Shown one piece after another: positions 20,499-30,338 of a stretch of DNA of 64,000 nucleotides; position 1 is the first letter of the stretch, and each line of letters opens with the position of its first letter. The stretch spans positions 1,337 through 65,336 of the forward strand of contig LSNO01000093.1 of the NCBI GenBank assembly GCA_002082305.1, written 5' to 3'. Both the position numbers and the translations under genes were made by a program. Source of the stretch: SAR324 cluster bacterium SAR324-CTD7B. Lineage in GTDB: Bacteria > SAR324 > NAC60-12. Below the pieces are notes generated by a model. It was not told the origin of the DNA, ran no database searches, and saw only the letters and a program-made list of their open reading frames with translations.

Positions 20499-20523
20499 AA
20501 TCAGTACCAATTTGGTGCTGTTT
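20499..20523. promoter_or_regulatory. Palindromic operator overlapping the predicted transcription start
   Basis: AATCAGTACCAA-T-TTGGTGCTGTTT, with 10 of 12 positions symmetric. Confidence 0.5.
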
Positions 20524-20622
20524 CTCTAATTACTTGGTTGAATCATGCCGTTACTTGAGTATTGCACTTTGAATCACCATGCATTCACATTTAATTTTCA
20601 AATTATTTAACAGGGTTAGGTT

Positions 20623-21339
20623 ATGAAATTTAAAGTTGTTTCTCCAAATGTAGAAAGTTCAGGGAATTCCGGAACTGATCCGCAGGCTCAGATTGAGCAA
20701 ATGCTTTCGGGCAGTCCTGTTTTTTTATTTATGAAGGGTACGCCCGAATCACCTCAATGCGGATTTTCTTCCAAAATAGCAAATATTTTAAAGGCCTGGG
20801 AAGTCCCTTATCAGTCATTTAACGTACTTTCTGACGAAAGTATTCGGCAGGGAGTCAAGGACTTTGCAAACTGGCAGACCATCCCCCAACTTTACATCAA
20901 CAAAGAATTTGTCGGTGGATCAGATGTAGTTGAAGAAATGTCGAATAACGGTGAGCTGGGTGATTTGTTGAAAGAAGCGTTTCCTGGTCGAGACATCACA
21001 CCACCCCCTCCTCCGGTAGAAGTACAGGAAGTAGCAGCCCTTGAAGCTGCTTCAATTCTGAAAGAAAATCCTGAAATTCGTCTTTTGGATGTGCGCACGC
21101 AGCATGAGCGGGAGACTGCATCTCTGGATAATTCTGTGTTGCTGGATCAGGAATTAGTGGAGGAGATCCTTGGTTCGTGGGATCAAAACACACCACTGAT
21201 GTTTTTTTGCCACATGGGAGAACGCAGCAGACAAGCAGCTCAATATTTTACCTCACAGGGTTTTCAACAGGTGTACAACATCTCTGACGGAATAAAGGGC
21301 TGGTCAAGCAATGTGGACTCCTCAATTCCTCAATACTAG
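20623..21339 (+). CDS. grxD: Monothiol glutaredoxin (Grx4, CGFS) fused to a rhodanese domain
   Basis: LFMKGTP..PQCGFS, WQTIPQLYI..EFVGGSD. C-terminal LLDVRT...FCHMGERS...GIKGWS rhodanese. Confidence 0.9.
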   Translation: MKFKVVSPNVESSGNSGTDPQAQIEQMLSGSPVFLFMKGTPESPQCGFSSKIANILKAWEVPYQSFNVLSDESIRQGVKDFANWQTIPQLYINKEFVGGSDVVEEMSNNGELGDLLKEAFPGRDITPPPPPVEVQEVAALEAASILKENPEIRLLDVRTQHERETASLDNSVLLDQELVEEILGSWDQNTPLMFFCHMGERSRQAAQYFTSQGFQQVYNISDGIKGWSSNVDSSIPQY

Positions 21340-21376
21340 AATTCATAATTTTTTTTACTTAGAAAGCTCCAGGGTT

Positions 21377-21766
21377 ATGAAAACAGAAAAACCACTTCCA
21401 TCAGTCGTTCTAACAGAGCGTGCTGCACAAGTTTTTAAAGAATCTTGTGAAGCAGAAGGCTCAACTTTGGAGGATACATTTTTACGCATTGGAGCACGTC
21501 CGGGTGGGTGTTCCGGATGGAAATATGAGCTTGAATCAAATACCTCGGAAGATATTGGGCCAAATGATGTGCAAATTCTGTCAAGAGAAGTTTCTGTAAT
21601 TGTAGACAGGGAAGCACTAACTGAAATCTTAGGGCCACTAAAGATTGATTTTTCAGACAAAAATATGGTTGAACAGGGGTTTGTCTTTGAACAACTGACA
21701 ACCGGACACCAGTGCGGATGCGGAGAATCTTTCACTCCCGTAAAAGATTTGAATACCGTAAAATAA
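21377..21766 (+). CDS. HesB/IscA family A-type Fe-S carrier
   Basis: GGCSG and CGCGESF motifs. ATG at 21377. Confidence 0.9.
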   Translation: MKTEKPLPSVVLTERAAQVFKESCEAEGSTLEDTFLRIGARPGGCSGWKYELESNTSEDIGPNDVQILSREVSVIVDREALTEILGPLKIDFSDKNMVEQGFVFEQLTTGHQCGCGESFTPVKDLNTVK

Positions 21767-21767
21767 A

Positions 21768-22394
21768 ATGTTCCAGTTTCTTGAATGGCTGGCTGGGGCA
21801 ACCTGCTTCGGGCTGTTTATTTACAAGTGGATTATCATTGCAGCAGTGGTAATGACCTGGGTCAGCGCTGATCCGCATAATCAGATTGTTCAGTGGATCG
21901 GACGTGTAACTCGTCCATTATGGGTCTGGTGTGAACAGCGGATGCCGGTGATGATGGCACATTTCAGTGCCTATGCCTCAATTCTTGTTGTTATCTTTGC
22001 CCAGATTGTATTACCGGCTGAAATACGCTCACTGAATTTGTTGTTTCAGGGGCAGACGGATTTTGCAGGTGTAGTGCTTCAGAGTGGAGGGCACTTGCTG
22101 CAGGGTATGAGTATTGTAGTTCAAAGCCTTTTGTTTTTTTGCATATTCGTATTGATTGCCTGGTTTGTACTGACTTTGGTAAACCCGTCTTTAAGTAATC
22201 CGTTGGTACGCATCATCCATGTACTTGCCGATCCTCTGATTACTCCTGTTCAAAGTTATCTTCCAAGAACCCGTACCGATTGGTCACCATTGGTTAGTGT
22301 ACTGTTATTTTATCTGATCAGTTCAAGCATAATTTCACCAATAGGATTTTACGGGAGCACGCTTTCAAATCCGGTCTCTATCTGCATTTATTAG
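21768..22394 (+). CDS. YggT family membrane protein (tandem domains)
   Basis: Two YggT repeats (TWVSADPHNQIV..VTRP; VNPSLSNPLV..LADP..DWSPLV). Confidence 0.85.
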   Translation: MFQFLEWLAGATCFGLFIYKWIIIAAVVMTWVSADPHNQIVQWIGRVTRPLWVWCEQRMPVMMAHFSAYASILVVIFAQIVLPAEIRSLNLLFQGQTDFAGVVLQSGGHLLQGMSIVVQSLLFFCIFVLIAWFVLTLVNPSLSNPLVRIIHVLADPLITPVQSYLPRTRTDWSPLVSVLLFYLISSSIISPIGFYGSTLSNPVSICIY

Positions 22395-22553
22395 ATGATA
22401 CTTTTAACATTACATATAGTCGCCATTGGAGCCGTGATTGGTGTAACTGCAAACTTTGCTTATTCTATGGGTAAAAAAGAAGGCCTCCGGGTCGCTCGCA
22501 AAGAGCACGAGGATAAGGAACTAAAAAAAGAAGTACCAAAAATCGAATCCTAA
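22395..22553 (+). CDS. Small single-TM protein (52 aa; below the ORF-track cutoff)
   Basis: ATG directly after the yggT stop. MILLTLHIVAIGAVIGVTANFAYSMGKKEG followed by a charged tail, TAA 22551. Confidence 0.55.
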   Translation: MILLTLHIVAIGAVIGVTANFAYSMGKKEGLRVARKEHEDKELKKEVPKIES

Positions 22554-22564
22554 TAGAATTTATA

Positions 22565-23869
22565 TCAGAGTTTTTTTGCAGCTTGTTGGTTTTTCAAACG
22601 TACTTTAATTGCTTCAGCATGGGCAAACAATTGTTCTTCCTCTGCAAAACGAATTATTTGCTCTCCCTGACGCACAAGACGCTCAGGAGAATAGCTGATG
22701 ACAGAACTGGTTTTTACAAAGTCCTGTACTCCAAGTGGTGATGAAAACTTTGCACTACCCGAAGTGGGCAAGGTGTGATTCGGGCCAGCAAAATAATCTC
22801 CGACTGGTTCGGGAGAATTTGGTCCAAGAAATATGGCTCCTGCATTGCGAATACGGTGCAGATCTTCAAAAGGTTGTTTTGTCAAAACTTCCAAATGTTC
22901 CGGGGCAAGCTCATTAATCACTTCAAAAATTTCTTCTAAATCTTCTGCCACAATTATTGCCGAGCGGTTTGCAAAAGATGCTTCTATGATTTCACGGCGC
23001 GGAAGTGTAGGTACCAATTTTTTAAGACGTTTAGATACATCTTTTGCCTGTTTTGCTGATGTTGTAACGAGAACGGCTCCAGCATCAGGATCGTGTTCGG
23101 CCTGGGACAGCATGTCCCGGACAAGGTATTCAACCGGAATATCGTCACGGTCACAAACAACCATGATTTCACTTGGTCCTGCAAATGAGTCTATACCGAC
23201 AGTTCCGAAAACCTGCCGTTTTGCTTCTGCAACATACGCATTTCCCGGTCCGGTAATTTTGACAACTTGCTGAATCGATTCTGTACCATAGGCCAATGCT
23301 CCAATAGATTGTGCACCGCCTACTGAATAAAGTTCTTCGAGACCCATCAATGCTGCACTTGCCATCACTAATTGGTGCGGAAGTCCGGAAGGTCCAGGTG
23401 GAGACACCATTGCAATTCGAGGCACTCCTGCAACCTGGGCCGGGATCACGTTCATAAGCAAAGTCGAAGGATAAGCTGCACGACCTCCGGGGATATAAAT
23501 TCCGACACTATCCACTGGTGTGACTTTCCAACCCAGCACAGTGCCGTCTGGACTGAAATCCAGTTGGCTTTCTGTTTTTTGCCGCTCGTGAAAAAACATG
23601 ATATTGTCTGCAGCTTCTTCCAAAATGTGAAACAGCTCGTGATCCAGGTTTTCGAGAGCTTCTGTCAGTAAAGGTTTTGGTACTAGCCACGATTCGGGAA
23701 TCACGTTATCGAACCGTTCAGTATATTCACGCAAAGCCGAATCCCCTTTTTCCCTGACGGTTTCCAATATTTCCTGAACTGTAACGGAAACGTCTTTATT
23801 TTCTTTAGCATCGAAGGATTTTGAAAAGAGATCAAATCCTTCAAATATTTTAACCTGCATCGTTTTCAC
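22565..23869 (-). CDS. hisD: Histidinol dehydrogenase
   Basis: YIPGG.AAYPST, GPGNAYVAEAKR, AGPSEI, QAEHD, APEHLE, GPNHTLPT. Confidence 0.97.
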   Translation of the reverse strand: MKTMQVKIFEGFDLFSKSFDAKENKDVSVTVQEILETVREKGDSALREYTERFDNVIPESWLVPKPLLTEALENLDHELFHILEEAADNIMFFHERQKTESQLDFSPDGTVLGWKVTPVDSVGIYIPGGRAAYPSTLLMNVIPAQVAGVPRIAMVSPPGPSGLPHQLVMASAALMGLEELYSVGGAQSIGALAYGTESIQQVVKITGPGNAYVAEAKRQVFGTVGIDSFAGPSEIMVVCDRDDIPVEYLVRDMLSQAEHDPDAGAVLVTTSAKQAKDVSKRLKKLVPTLPRREIIEASFANRSAIIVAEDLEEIFEVINELAPEHLEVLTKQPFEDLHRIRNAGAIFLGPNSPEPVGDYFAGPNHTLPTSGSAKFSSPLGVQDFVKTSSVISYSPERLVRQGEQIIRFAEEEQLFAHAEAIKVRLKNQQAAKKL

Positions 23870-23965
23870 TGTATAATTACAATTTTGTTACTGTTCGTTT
23901 ACTGTATCAATCATGGAAAGAAACAATTTTCGTTCAGAAACAACACTTGAGATATGTTGTTCTAT

Positions 23966-26900
23966 TTAGGCAATTAAGCTCTCTGCTTCTTTAAATTCAA
24001 CGGAAACAGTTTTGGAAATACCGGGCTCTTCCATTGTAACACCGTACAAAAGGTCGCCGATTTCCATAGTCTTTTTATTGTGGGTGACAATTATGAACTG
24101 AGAATCGTAAGATAAACCTGTAATAAGCCGGTTGAAGCGCACTACATTCACATCATCCAAAGGTGCGTCAACTTCGTCCAGTAAACAGAATGGGCTTGGT
24201 TTAACCAAAAAAATCGCAAAAATCAGTGAGATAGCAGTCAGGGCTTTTTCTCCTCCGGAAAGCAAATTGATGTTTTGTAATTTTTTCCCCGGAGGTTGTG
24301 CCAAAATATCAACTCCTGCATTCAACAGATCTTCAGACTCTGTCAGTAAAAGCTTTGCTTCTCCTCCTTCAAACAAAGAACTGAATACATTCATGAAATT
24401 CTCATTGACCTGATCAAACATTTCTCTAAATCGACGTCGGGACTCAATGTTGATGTCTTTGATGGTTTCTTTTAAATCATCTACGGCTTTTTGCAAATCT
24501 TCGGACTGTGATTTCAAAAAATCAATCCTTTCTTTCAGCGCCGCATATTCTTCCGGTGCAGCAAGGTTTACTGCCCCCATTGCATTCAAACTTGCCTTTA
24601 ATGAACGTAATTCCAGTCCCATTTGTTTATGATCGGAAGTATCAATATCAATTTCTGTAAGTATAGCTTCAGGAGTTTGCTCGGTAATTTCTCTCAATTG
24701 ATCTTCAAGCTGTTCCCTTTGCAGTCTGAATTCAGTCAACCGAATTGATTCCTGATGTGCAACGCTCACTGAATTTTCAAGATGACCCTGACGTTCCTGC
24801 AATTTTTGAGAGAGCAGAGTCTGCTCTTCATTTTTCTGTTCGTGCAGTTGAATATCTTCTTCCAACTCCCGCTTCATGTCGGAACGTTTCTCCAGCAAGT
24901 CCTCAAAAGATTCATCAATTTCAGTAATTCGTTTACGACTTTGTTCGAGCCTCAGATCTCCCTCATTAAGTGCAGTTTTAAGCTGTTCAAGTCGCAGAGA
25001 GGTTTCTTCATGTTCTCTGTTCAAGCGACTTTCTGTTTCCTCAGTGTTTTTTTGCTGCTCAGTTGTCTCAGTCAAAGAAACTCGATGGGCAAGCAGTTCC
25101 TCAGCAATTGCATCGTTGCGACTTTGCAGCAGTTGTATGCGTTCCTGCAGCTGATTTGTTTTTTCTTCCAGTTCAGTACGTTCTTTTTCCAGTGAAATAA
25201 TAGTTTCTGCGGCAGTTTTTTCTTTCAATCGTGATAAGTCCATTTCTTCAAGTATGCTGTCTGTATCTTGAGAAAGTTGCGAAACTGTCTGCTCCATTCG
25301 GCGCTCCTCCAACTGGTGGTGTTCCAGTTCCTTGTTGTCGCTCAGCAGTGCAAATTCCAATTTTCGAGATTCCTCTTCTCGTGACTCCTGCTCCTCTTTC
25401 AAAGATTCATGTTTTTCCCGGAGAGTAAGCAATTCACTCTCAAACTTTTTTATCTTTTTTTGTAAATCATCAACATATGTTCCAACATCAATGATTTGCT
25501 GCTGACGCTGTAAAAAACCCAGAGATCCGGATTGTACTTTTCCCATGCTGGCGGAAGAATTTGAAAGACAAATTCCGGATGAGGAGAGCCACTCTTCAGG
25601 AGAGTCCGGCCACTTTTTATCAGCTTCATTCCAAAATTTTTTTTCATCTTTCAGCAGTGCAAATCGTGAAAAAAACTTTTCTCCCCACTCTTGTAAAGGT
25701 TTCTTAAACTTGAGAATTTCCGGAAGAGGAATACCTTTGGTTCCTGCTGATTTCGGAACAGATGCAGGACGATCTAAAGCTACAAACCCGAGTTGCCCCA
25801 ATTCGTGTTCAGCACAAAATATTTCTATTTGCGGAAGCTTTTCTGCTCGTTCAATAACCACCCAGTCCAGCACTTCAGCCATTACAGGAGATACGATATC
25901 TAATGTATCCGCAGGCACAGTAATAAAATCGGCAAGCAGTCCTGACACTCCCAGTTGCTTCTTAGTTTCCGGATTGTCCTGCATCAACTGCATGAAAATT
26001 TTTACACTGTCACTAAATCCTTCATAGTGAGTTTGGATTTGCTGCAGGGACTCAATACGAGATTCTGCAGTGCTTTGCTGATAACGCAGATCCTCAAGTT
26101 TTTTCTCCTCTTCAATTAGTTTCAAGTGCTGATCTTCTATGCTACTTTCAAGTTCAGTTAATTTTCCCGACAATTCTTCTTTCTGCAAACGGATGGTCTC
26201 CATCTGTTCTTCTCTGTCTGAAACCTGGAGAGTTACTTCCTGAAGCTGATTTTTGTGAGATTGTTGCTGGTCTTGAAGACGTTGCTGTCGTTCTGTAAGA
26301 TTCTCCAGGCGTTCATCCAGGAAATTCTTCTGATTAGTTTGGTTAGTTAATTCAGTGTGTACAGTTAACTGTCGTTTTTGAAGTACAGAAGTTTCATCGG
26401 TGGATTTTTGGAGAGTTTCGTTTTCTTCAGCACGCTTCTCTTCGATAATAACAAGTTTTGCCTGCATTTCTCCCAAACGTTCTGCCAGTTCCATGCTCCG
26501 GTTATTTATATCAGCTCTTTCTTTTTCACGTTCAGTTAATCTTTGTTTCAACTCTTCGAGCTCTTTTTCCTGACCCTCCCTTTGTTCACTGACATTTTGC
26601 AGATTTTGTTTTTCCAGTTCACGTTGATTTTCAGCTTCCTGTATATTTTGCTCTGTTTTAAACAGTTGTTCGCGCCGCTCTCCAACCTGTGTACCCAATT
26701 GTGTTTGCTCTAACTTAAGCCGTTCTAAATCAGTTTCAACAACTGACTTTTCACTTTGCAGATCCTGCTGCTGCTGCTGCTGCCCCTGTACCAGTTCTTG
26801 TACTTTTTGTTCGTTGAGACCTGCTTGATGCCAACTTAAACAAAGATGCTGACGCTCCAGCAGGCCGCTCTGTTCCTGTAGCTCCAAATATTTTTCTGCC

Positions 26901-27544
26901 CGTTCGACATGTTCCCGCAACCCGTCTTCCTGTTCCGAAAGCGCTCCAAGCACGTCGTTCACCCGAAGCAGATTTTGTGTTGTTTCATCCAGCCGTTTTT
27001 CAGCATTTTCACGTTTGAAGCGAAACTTGACGATTCCTGCAGCATCATCAATCAAGATGCGTCGATCAATAGGTTTGGCGCTGACAATTTCCTCTACGCG
27101 CCCCTGTTCAACAATCGAGTATCCGGTTCCGCCAATTCCTGTGTCCATAAACAATTCCCGCACATCTTTCAAACGCACGGGTATTTTGTTGATCATGTAA
27201 ATACTTTCACCTGAACGGTAAAGGCGGCGGGTCACCGCAATTTCTGTGTAATCTGCAAATTGTTGAAGTGTGTCTCCTTTGGGGTTGGAAAAAGTCAGTG
27301 AGACTTCAGCCATTCCGGAAGGCTTGTGAAAGGAGCTTCCGGAAAAAATTACATCCTCCATTGAACTGCCGCGTAAATGTTTTACACGCTGTTCACCAAG
27401 TACCCAGCGGACTGCGTCAACAACATTGCTTTTTCCGCAGCCATTTGGACCCACTATAATTGTAATTCCGTTTTGTTTAACCTGCAGATTGACAGGATGA
27501 CAAAATGATTTGAATCCTGAAACTCTTATTTTTTTGATACGCAC
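23966..27544 (-). CDS. smc: Chromosome segregation protein SMC
   Basis: GFKSF, GPNGCGKSN Walker A, long coiled coils with hinge, LLSGGEK signature, LLDEVDAPLD. Confidence 0.97.
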   Translation of the reverse strand: MRIKKIRVSGFKSFCHPVNLQVKQNGITIIVGPNGCGKSNVVDAVRWVLGEQRVKHLRGSSMEDVIFSGSSFHKPSGMAEVSLTFSNPKGDTLQQFADYTEIAVTRRLYRSGESIYMINKIPVRLKDVRELFMDTGIGGTGYSIVEQGRVEEIVSAKPIDRRILIDDAAGIVKFRFKRENAEKRLDETTQNLLRVNDVLGALSEQEDGLREHVERAEKYLELQEQSGLLERQHLCLSWHQAGLNEQKVQELVQGQQQQQQDLQSEKSVVETDLERLKLEQTQLGTQVGERREQLFKTEQNIQEAENQRELEKQNLQNVSEQREGQEKELEELKQRLTEREKERADINNRSMELAERLGEMQAKLVIIEEKRAEENETLQKSTDETSVLQKRQLTVHTELTNQTNQKNFLDERLENLTERQQRLQDQQQSHKNQLQEVTLQVSDREEQMETIRLQKEELSGKLTELESSIEDQHLKLIEEEKKLEDLRYQQSTAESRIESLQQIQTHYEGFSDSVKIFMQLMQDNPETKKQLGVSGLLADFITVPADTLDIVSPVMAEVLDWVVIERAEKLPQIEIFCAEHELGQLGFVALDRPASVPKSAGTKGIPLPEILKFKKPLQEWGEKFFSRFALLKDEKKFWNEADKKWPDSPEEWLSSSGICLSNSSASMGKVQSGSLGFLQRQQQIIDVGTYVDDLQKKIKKFESELLTLREKHESLKEEQESREEESRKLEFALLSDNKELEHHQLEERRMEQTVSQLSQDTDSILEEMDLSRLKEKTAAETIISLEKERTELEEKTNQLQERIQLLQSRNDAIAEELLAHRVSLTETTEQQKNTEETESRLNREHEETSLRLEQLKTALNEGDLRLEQSRKRITEIDESFEDLLEKRSDMKRELEEDIQLHEQKNEEQTLLSQKLQERQGHLENSVSVAHQESIRLTEFRLQREQLEDQLREITEQTPEAILTEIDIDTSDHKQMGLELRSLKASLNAMGAVNLAAPEEYAALKERIDFLKSQSEDLQKAVDDLKETIKDINIESRRRFREMFDQVNENFMNVFSSLFEGGEAKLLLTESEDLLNAGVDILAQPPGKKLQNINLLSGGEKALTAISLIFAIFLVKPSPFCLLDEVDAPLDDVNVVRFNRLITGLSYDSQFIIVTHNKKTMEIGDLLYGVTMEEPGISKTVSVEFKEAESLIA

Positions 27545-27648
27545 AATTTTTTTCTATTTTCTTTTCAGCTTTTTTTACAAACAAGACACTTCAAATTAAA
27601 ATTACTTCTCTCAGAATCAGAGCTAAATGCACTTTATTTATCAGGCAT

Positions 27649-28422
27649 TTAAGATTTTAGCTGCAAACCGTTCAACTCTTTCCGACATAGTTTCCAGTTA
27701 GGATAAAACTGATCCATTAATGCCTTGAATCTGTTGTTGTGACTGGCTTCTAGCAAATGCACTAACTCATGTACAACAATATATTCCAGACATTCAGGTG
27801 ACTTTTTTACAAGCTCAAGATTGAAACGAATACCATGGGTTTTAGGTGTGCAGCTGCCCCACCTGGATTTCATGCTGCGAATGGAGAAGCGCTTGACTGA
27901 GACACCAAGTTTAAGTTCCCATTTTTTTATAAGAGGATTCAATAGCTCCATCAACTGTTTATGATACCACTCATTCAGGACAGAACGCCTTTTTTCCATG
28001 TCAGCTCCAGTAGGAACATGAATCAATATTTCGTTTTTCACTAGCTCTGCAAAAGGAGGTTTGTTATTTTCCAACACTTTTAATTGATAGCTGTGACCTC
28101 TAAAGTAGTGAGTTTCCTGATTTATATATTTCAAAGGTTTTTCACGCACCTGATTTCGTATTTTTAAACGCTGTTTTCTGATCCAATCAAGCTTGGATAG
28201 CGCGAAAACACGAATTTTTTCCTGATTCATACGGAGTGGTGCAGAAACACGCACGATACCGTTAGGAGGGCATACCTTCAAGTGGAGATGTTTGATTTTC
28301 TTTTTAGTTACCTCTGCATCGATATCATCCAGCATAATCATTGAAATCATACGTTTTTGTTTAACTTTCACAGCGCGTTGCTTTTCTGTAAACAAAGAGA
28401 GTACATTAATGCTTTCAAACAT
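27649..28422 (-). CDS. YgjP/DUF45 (M48-like zinc motif) protein
   Basis: MKSRWGSC, YIVVHELVHL..HN.RF. True start may lie 25-30 codons downstream. Confidence 0.85.
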   Translation of the reverse strand: MFESINVLSLFTEKQRAVKVKQKRMISMIMLDDIDAEVTKKKIKHLHLKVCPPNGIVRVSAPLRMNQEKIRVFALSKLDWIRKQRLKIRNQVREKPLKYINQETHYFRGHSYQLKVLENNKPPFAELVKNEILIHVPTGADMEKRRSVLNEWYHKQLMELLNPLIKKWELKLGVSVKRFSIRSMKSRWGSCTPKTHGIRFNLELVKKSPECLEYIVVHELVHLLEASHNNRFKALMDQFYPNWKLCRKELNGLQLKS

Positions 28423-28653
28423 TGTAACAATGGTTGGCGGGTTAAGTGAAAAATTCTTGAACTGTATGGCTGGTTTCTTTTGTCAAATAGTTTTCATTCG
28501 TGGAAAGAGGCATAGCACCAGTTAAAAATATTCTGATCTTATATATTGTGGAAACTACCGGGGAATGAAAAATATATGGAATAATTAGAGACTCCGCAAG
28601 CCACCCCACATGACACTTTACAAACTTTCAGGCATTTGAAATAAATTTTATAT

Positions 28654-29136
28654 CTAAAAAGGGATATCATCCTTGATGAAACCGTCATCAGGTGGAGTTT
28701 CCTGGGCGTTCCCTGGATCCTGTGTTGATGCAGAGTCCTGTGTTGATGCAGAAGTTGCAGAATAATTTGAAGAGCCTCCTTCCTGAGGAATTCCCCCATC
28801 AACATTTTTTGAATCCAGAAACTGCATGTTTGTGACTACAACCTCAGTTTTGTAGTGTTTTTGACCTTGTTGATCTTCCCAGTCTCTAGTTTGTAAACGG
28901 CCTTCAACATAGACTTGCGAGCCTTTTTTCAAGTAAGACTGTGCCAAATCAGCAAGTCTTCCCCACAACACGAGGCTGTGCCATTCTGTTCGCTCTTGTT
29001 TTTCACCCTGTTTGTCTGTCCAATAATCGTTAGTTGCAATGGTGGTATTAGCTACTGCACTGCCGGATTGTGTGTAGCGAATTTCAGGGTCCTGTCCTAA
29101 TCGTCCAATCAACATCACTTTGTTCAGATTTGCCAT
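28654..29136 (-). CDS. ssb: Single-stranded DNA-binding protein
   Basis: [25 protein letters not shown]-terminal DDIPF. Confidence 0.97.
   Translation of the reverse strand: MANLNKVMLIGRLGQDPEIRYTQSGSAVANTTIATNDYWTDKQGEKQERTEWHSLVLWGRLADLAQSYLKKGSQVYVEGRLQTRDWEDQQGQKHYKTEVVVTNMQFLDSKNVDGGIPQEGGSSNYSATSASTQDSASTQDPGNAQETPPDDGFIKDDIPF
28718..28753. repeat. 18-bp tandem duplication in the SSB linker
   Basis: TCCTGTGTTGATGCAGA(G/A) x2, encoding SASTQD twice. Confidence 0.8.
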
Positions 29137-29175
29137 GTTTTCTCCTGAATATTAGTATTTCTAAGATACTCTGTT

Positions 29176-29793
29176 TTAACGCAATGGAGTCAATAAGGAA
29201 AGTGCTTTTTTCAGTCTACCTTCAAACGGCAAATCCGAACTGCCGGTTTCTCGAAGTACTGGCAGGATTTCCTTTTCCGAATAGCCAAGGTTTTTTAATG
29301 CAGAAAAAACTCCGTCAATTTCAGTTCCTGAAAGAGTTAATCCTGCTTTAGAGCTCCCTGCAGGTCCTGGTTCAAATCCTGAAATTGGATGCCGCTTCAG
29401 TTGATCTTTCAAATCCAGACACAACTTTGCTGCAGTTTTTTTTCCTATACCGGGAACCTGGCTGAAACTCTCGGTGCTGCTCTGATGAACAGCATCCACC
29501 AGTTGACTGGGAGAAAGTACTGAAAGAACCGCTAATCCCAACTTCGGACCTACACCTGAAGTTTTGATAAGCATTTCAAATAATTCTTTTTCCTCTAATT
29601 TTTGAAAGCCATACAGGGAAATATCGTCTTCCCTGACATTTGTATAGATGTGCAGAGTGATAAATTCTTCCGGAGAGGCTTTAACAGCAAGATGTTGAGA
29701 AACATGAACTGCGTAACCCACGCCGTCAGATGTTTTGAGAACGATTAAATTTGCTTCTGAACGGAGGATCTGTCCTTCAAGATAGGCAATCAT
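29176..29793 (-). CDS. ruvA: Holliday junction branch migration protein RuvA
   Basis: MIAYLEG, VREDD..LYGF, SGVGPK, VPGIGKKTA, ALKNLGY. Confidence 0.96.
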   Translation of the reverse strand: MIAYLEGQILRSEANLIVLKTSDGVGYAVHVSQHLAVKASPEEFITLHIYTNVREDDISLYGFQKLEEKELFEMLIKTSGVGPKLGLAVLSVLSPSQLVDAVHQSSTESFSQVPGIGKKTAAKLCLDLKDQLKRHPISGFEPGPAGSSKAGLTLSGTEIDGVFSALKNLGYSEKEILPVLRETGSSDLPFEGRLKKALSLLTPLR

Positions 29794-29840
29794 GAGATAA
29801 GTTATTCATAAAAATGTTCCTGCTCAGGCAGTTCATCAAG

Positions 29841-30338
29841 CTAAAGTGATTGTTTAAGGGAGAGTCCCAAATGAGCATGTGTGATAGCAACGGCAAGTGC
29901 ATCCGCTTCATCTTCTTGAAGTGAGTTCTGTAAATTCAACAGAATCCTAACCATATGCTGTACTTGATCCTTGTCAGCCCTCCCCACACCGACTACAGTT
30001 TGCTTGACCTTCAGTGCCTGATATTCATGTATGGGTAAATGGCGCTCAGAAAATTTCAATAAAATAACACCACGGGCATGCCCTAAAGTAAGTGCTGACT
30101 GAGCATTCTTTGCAAAAAAGACTTTTTCGACAGCTCCACAATCCGGTCTGAATTCTTCAATCAATTGTTCCAGTTCTCTGGAGAGCATTGACAAACGATC
30201 AGAAAGCTGGTCCCTTTCATTCAGTCGGATACAGCCGCTGGCTAAATGTCTGGTACGGTTTCCGGTGTTTTCAATCAGACCGTAACCTGTTTTCCTGCTC
30301 CCGGGGTCTATACCTAAAATTCGCAGTGTTTCAACCAA
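29841..30338 (-). CDS. ruvC: Crossover junction endodeoxyribonuclease RuvC
   Basis: RILGIDPGS..TGYG, LGHARGV, DEADALAVA. Start set to TTG 30338, overlapping the yebC stop. Confidence 0.95.
   Translation of the reverse strand: MVETLRILGIDPGSRKTGYGLIENTGNRTRHLASGCIRLNERDQLSDRLSMLSRELEQLIEEFRPDCGAVEKVFFAKNAQSALTLGHARGVILLKFSERHLPIHEYQALKVKQTVVGVGRADKDQVQHMVRILLNLQNSLQEDEADALAVAITHAHLGLSLKQSL

Noticed and set aside
21355-21801. Long antisense ORFs (e.g. 21355-21801, 25545-26027, 45600-46052, 53502-54125, 58527-59024, 60731-61309)
   Set aside because: They are shadows of well-supported genes on the opposite strand and have no recognisable motifs.
26765-26783. (CTG)n run in smc as a contingency repeat
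   Set aside because: It is a short in-frame poly-Gln within the coiled coil. Triplet slippage would not phase-vary the gene.
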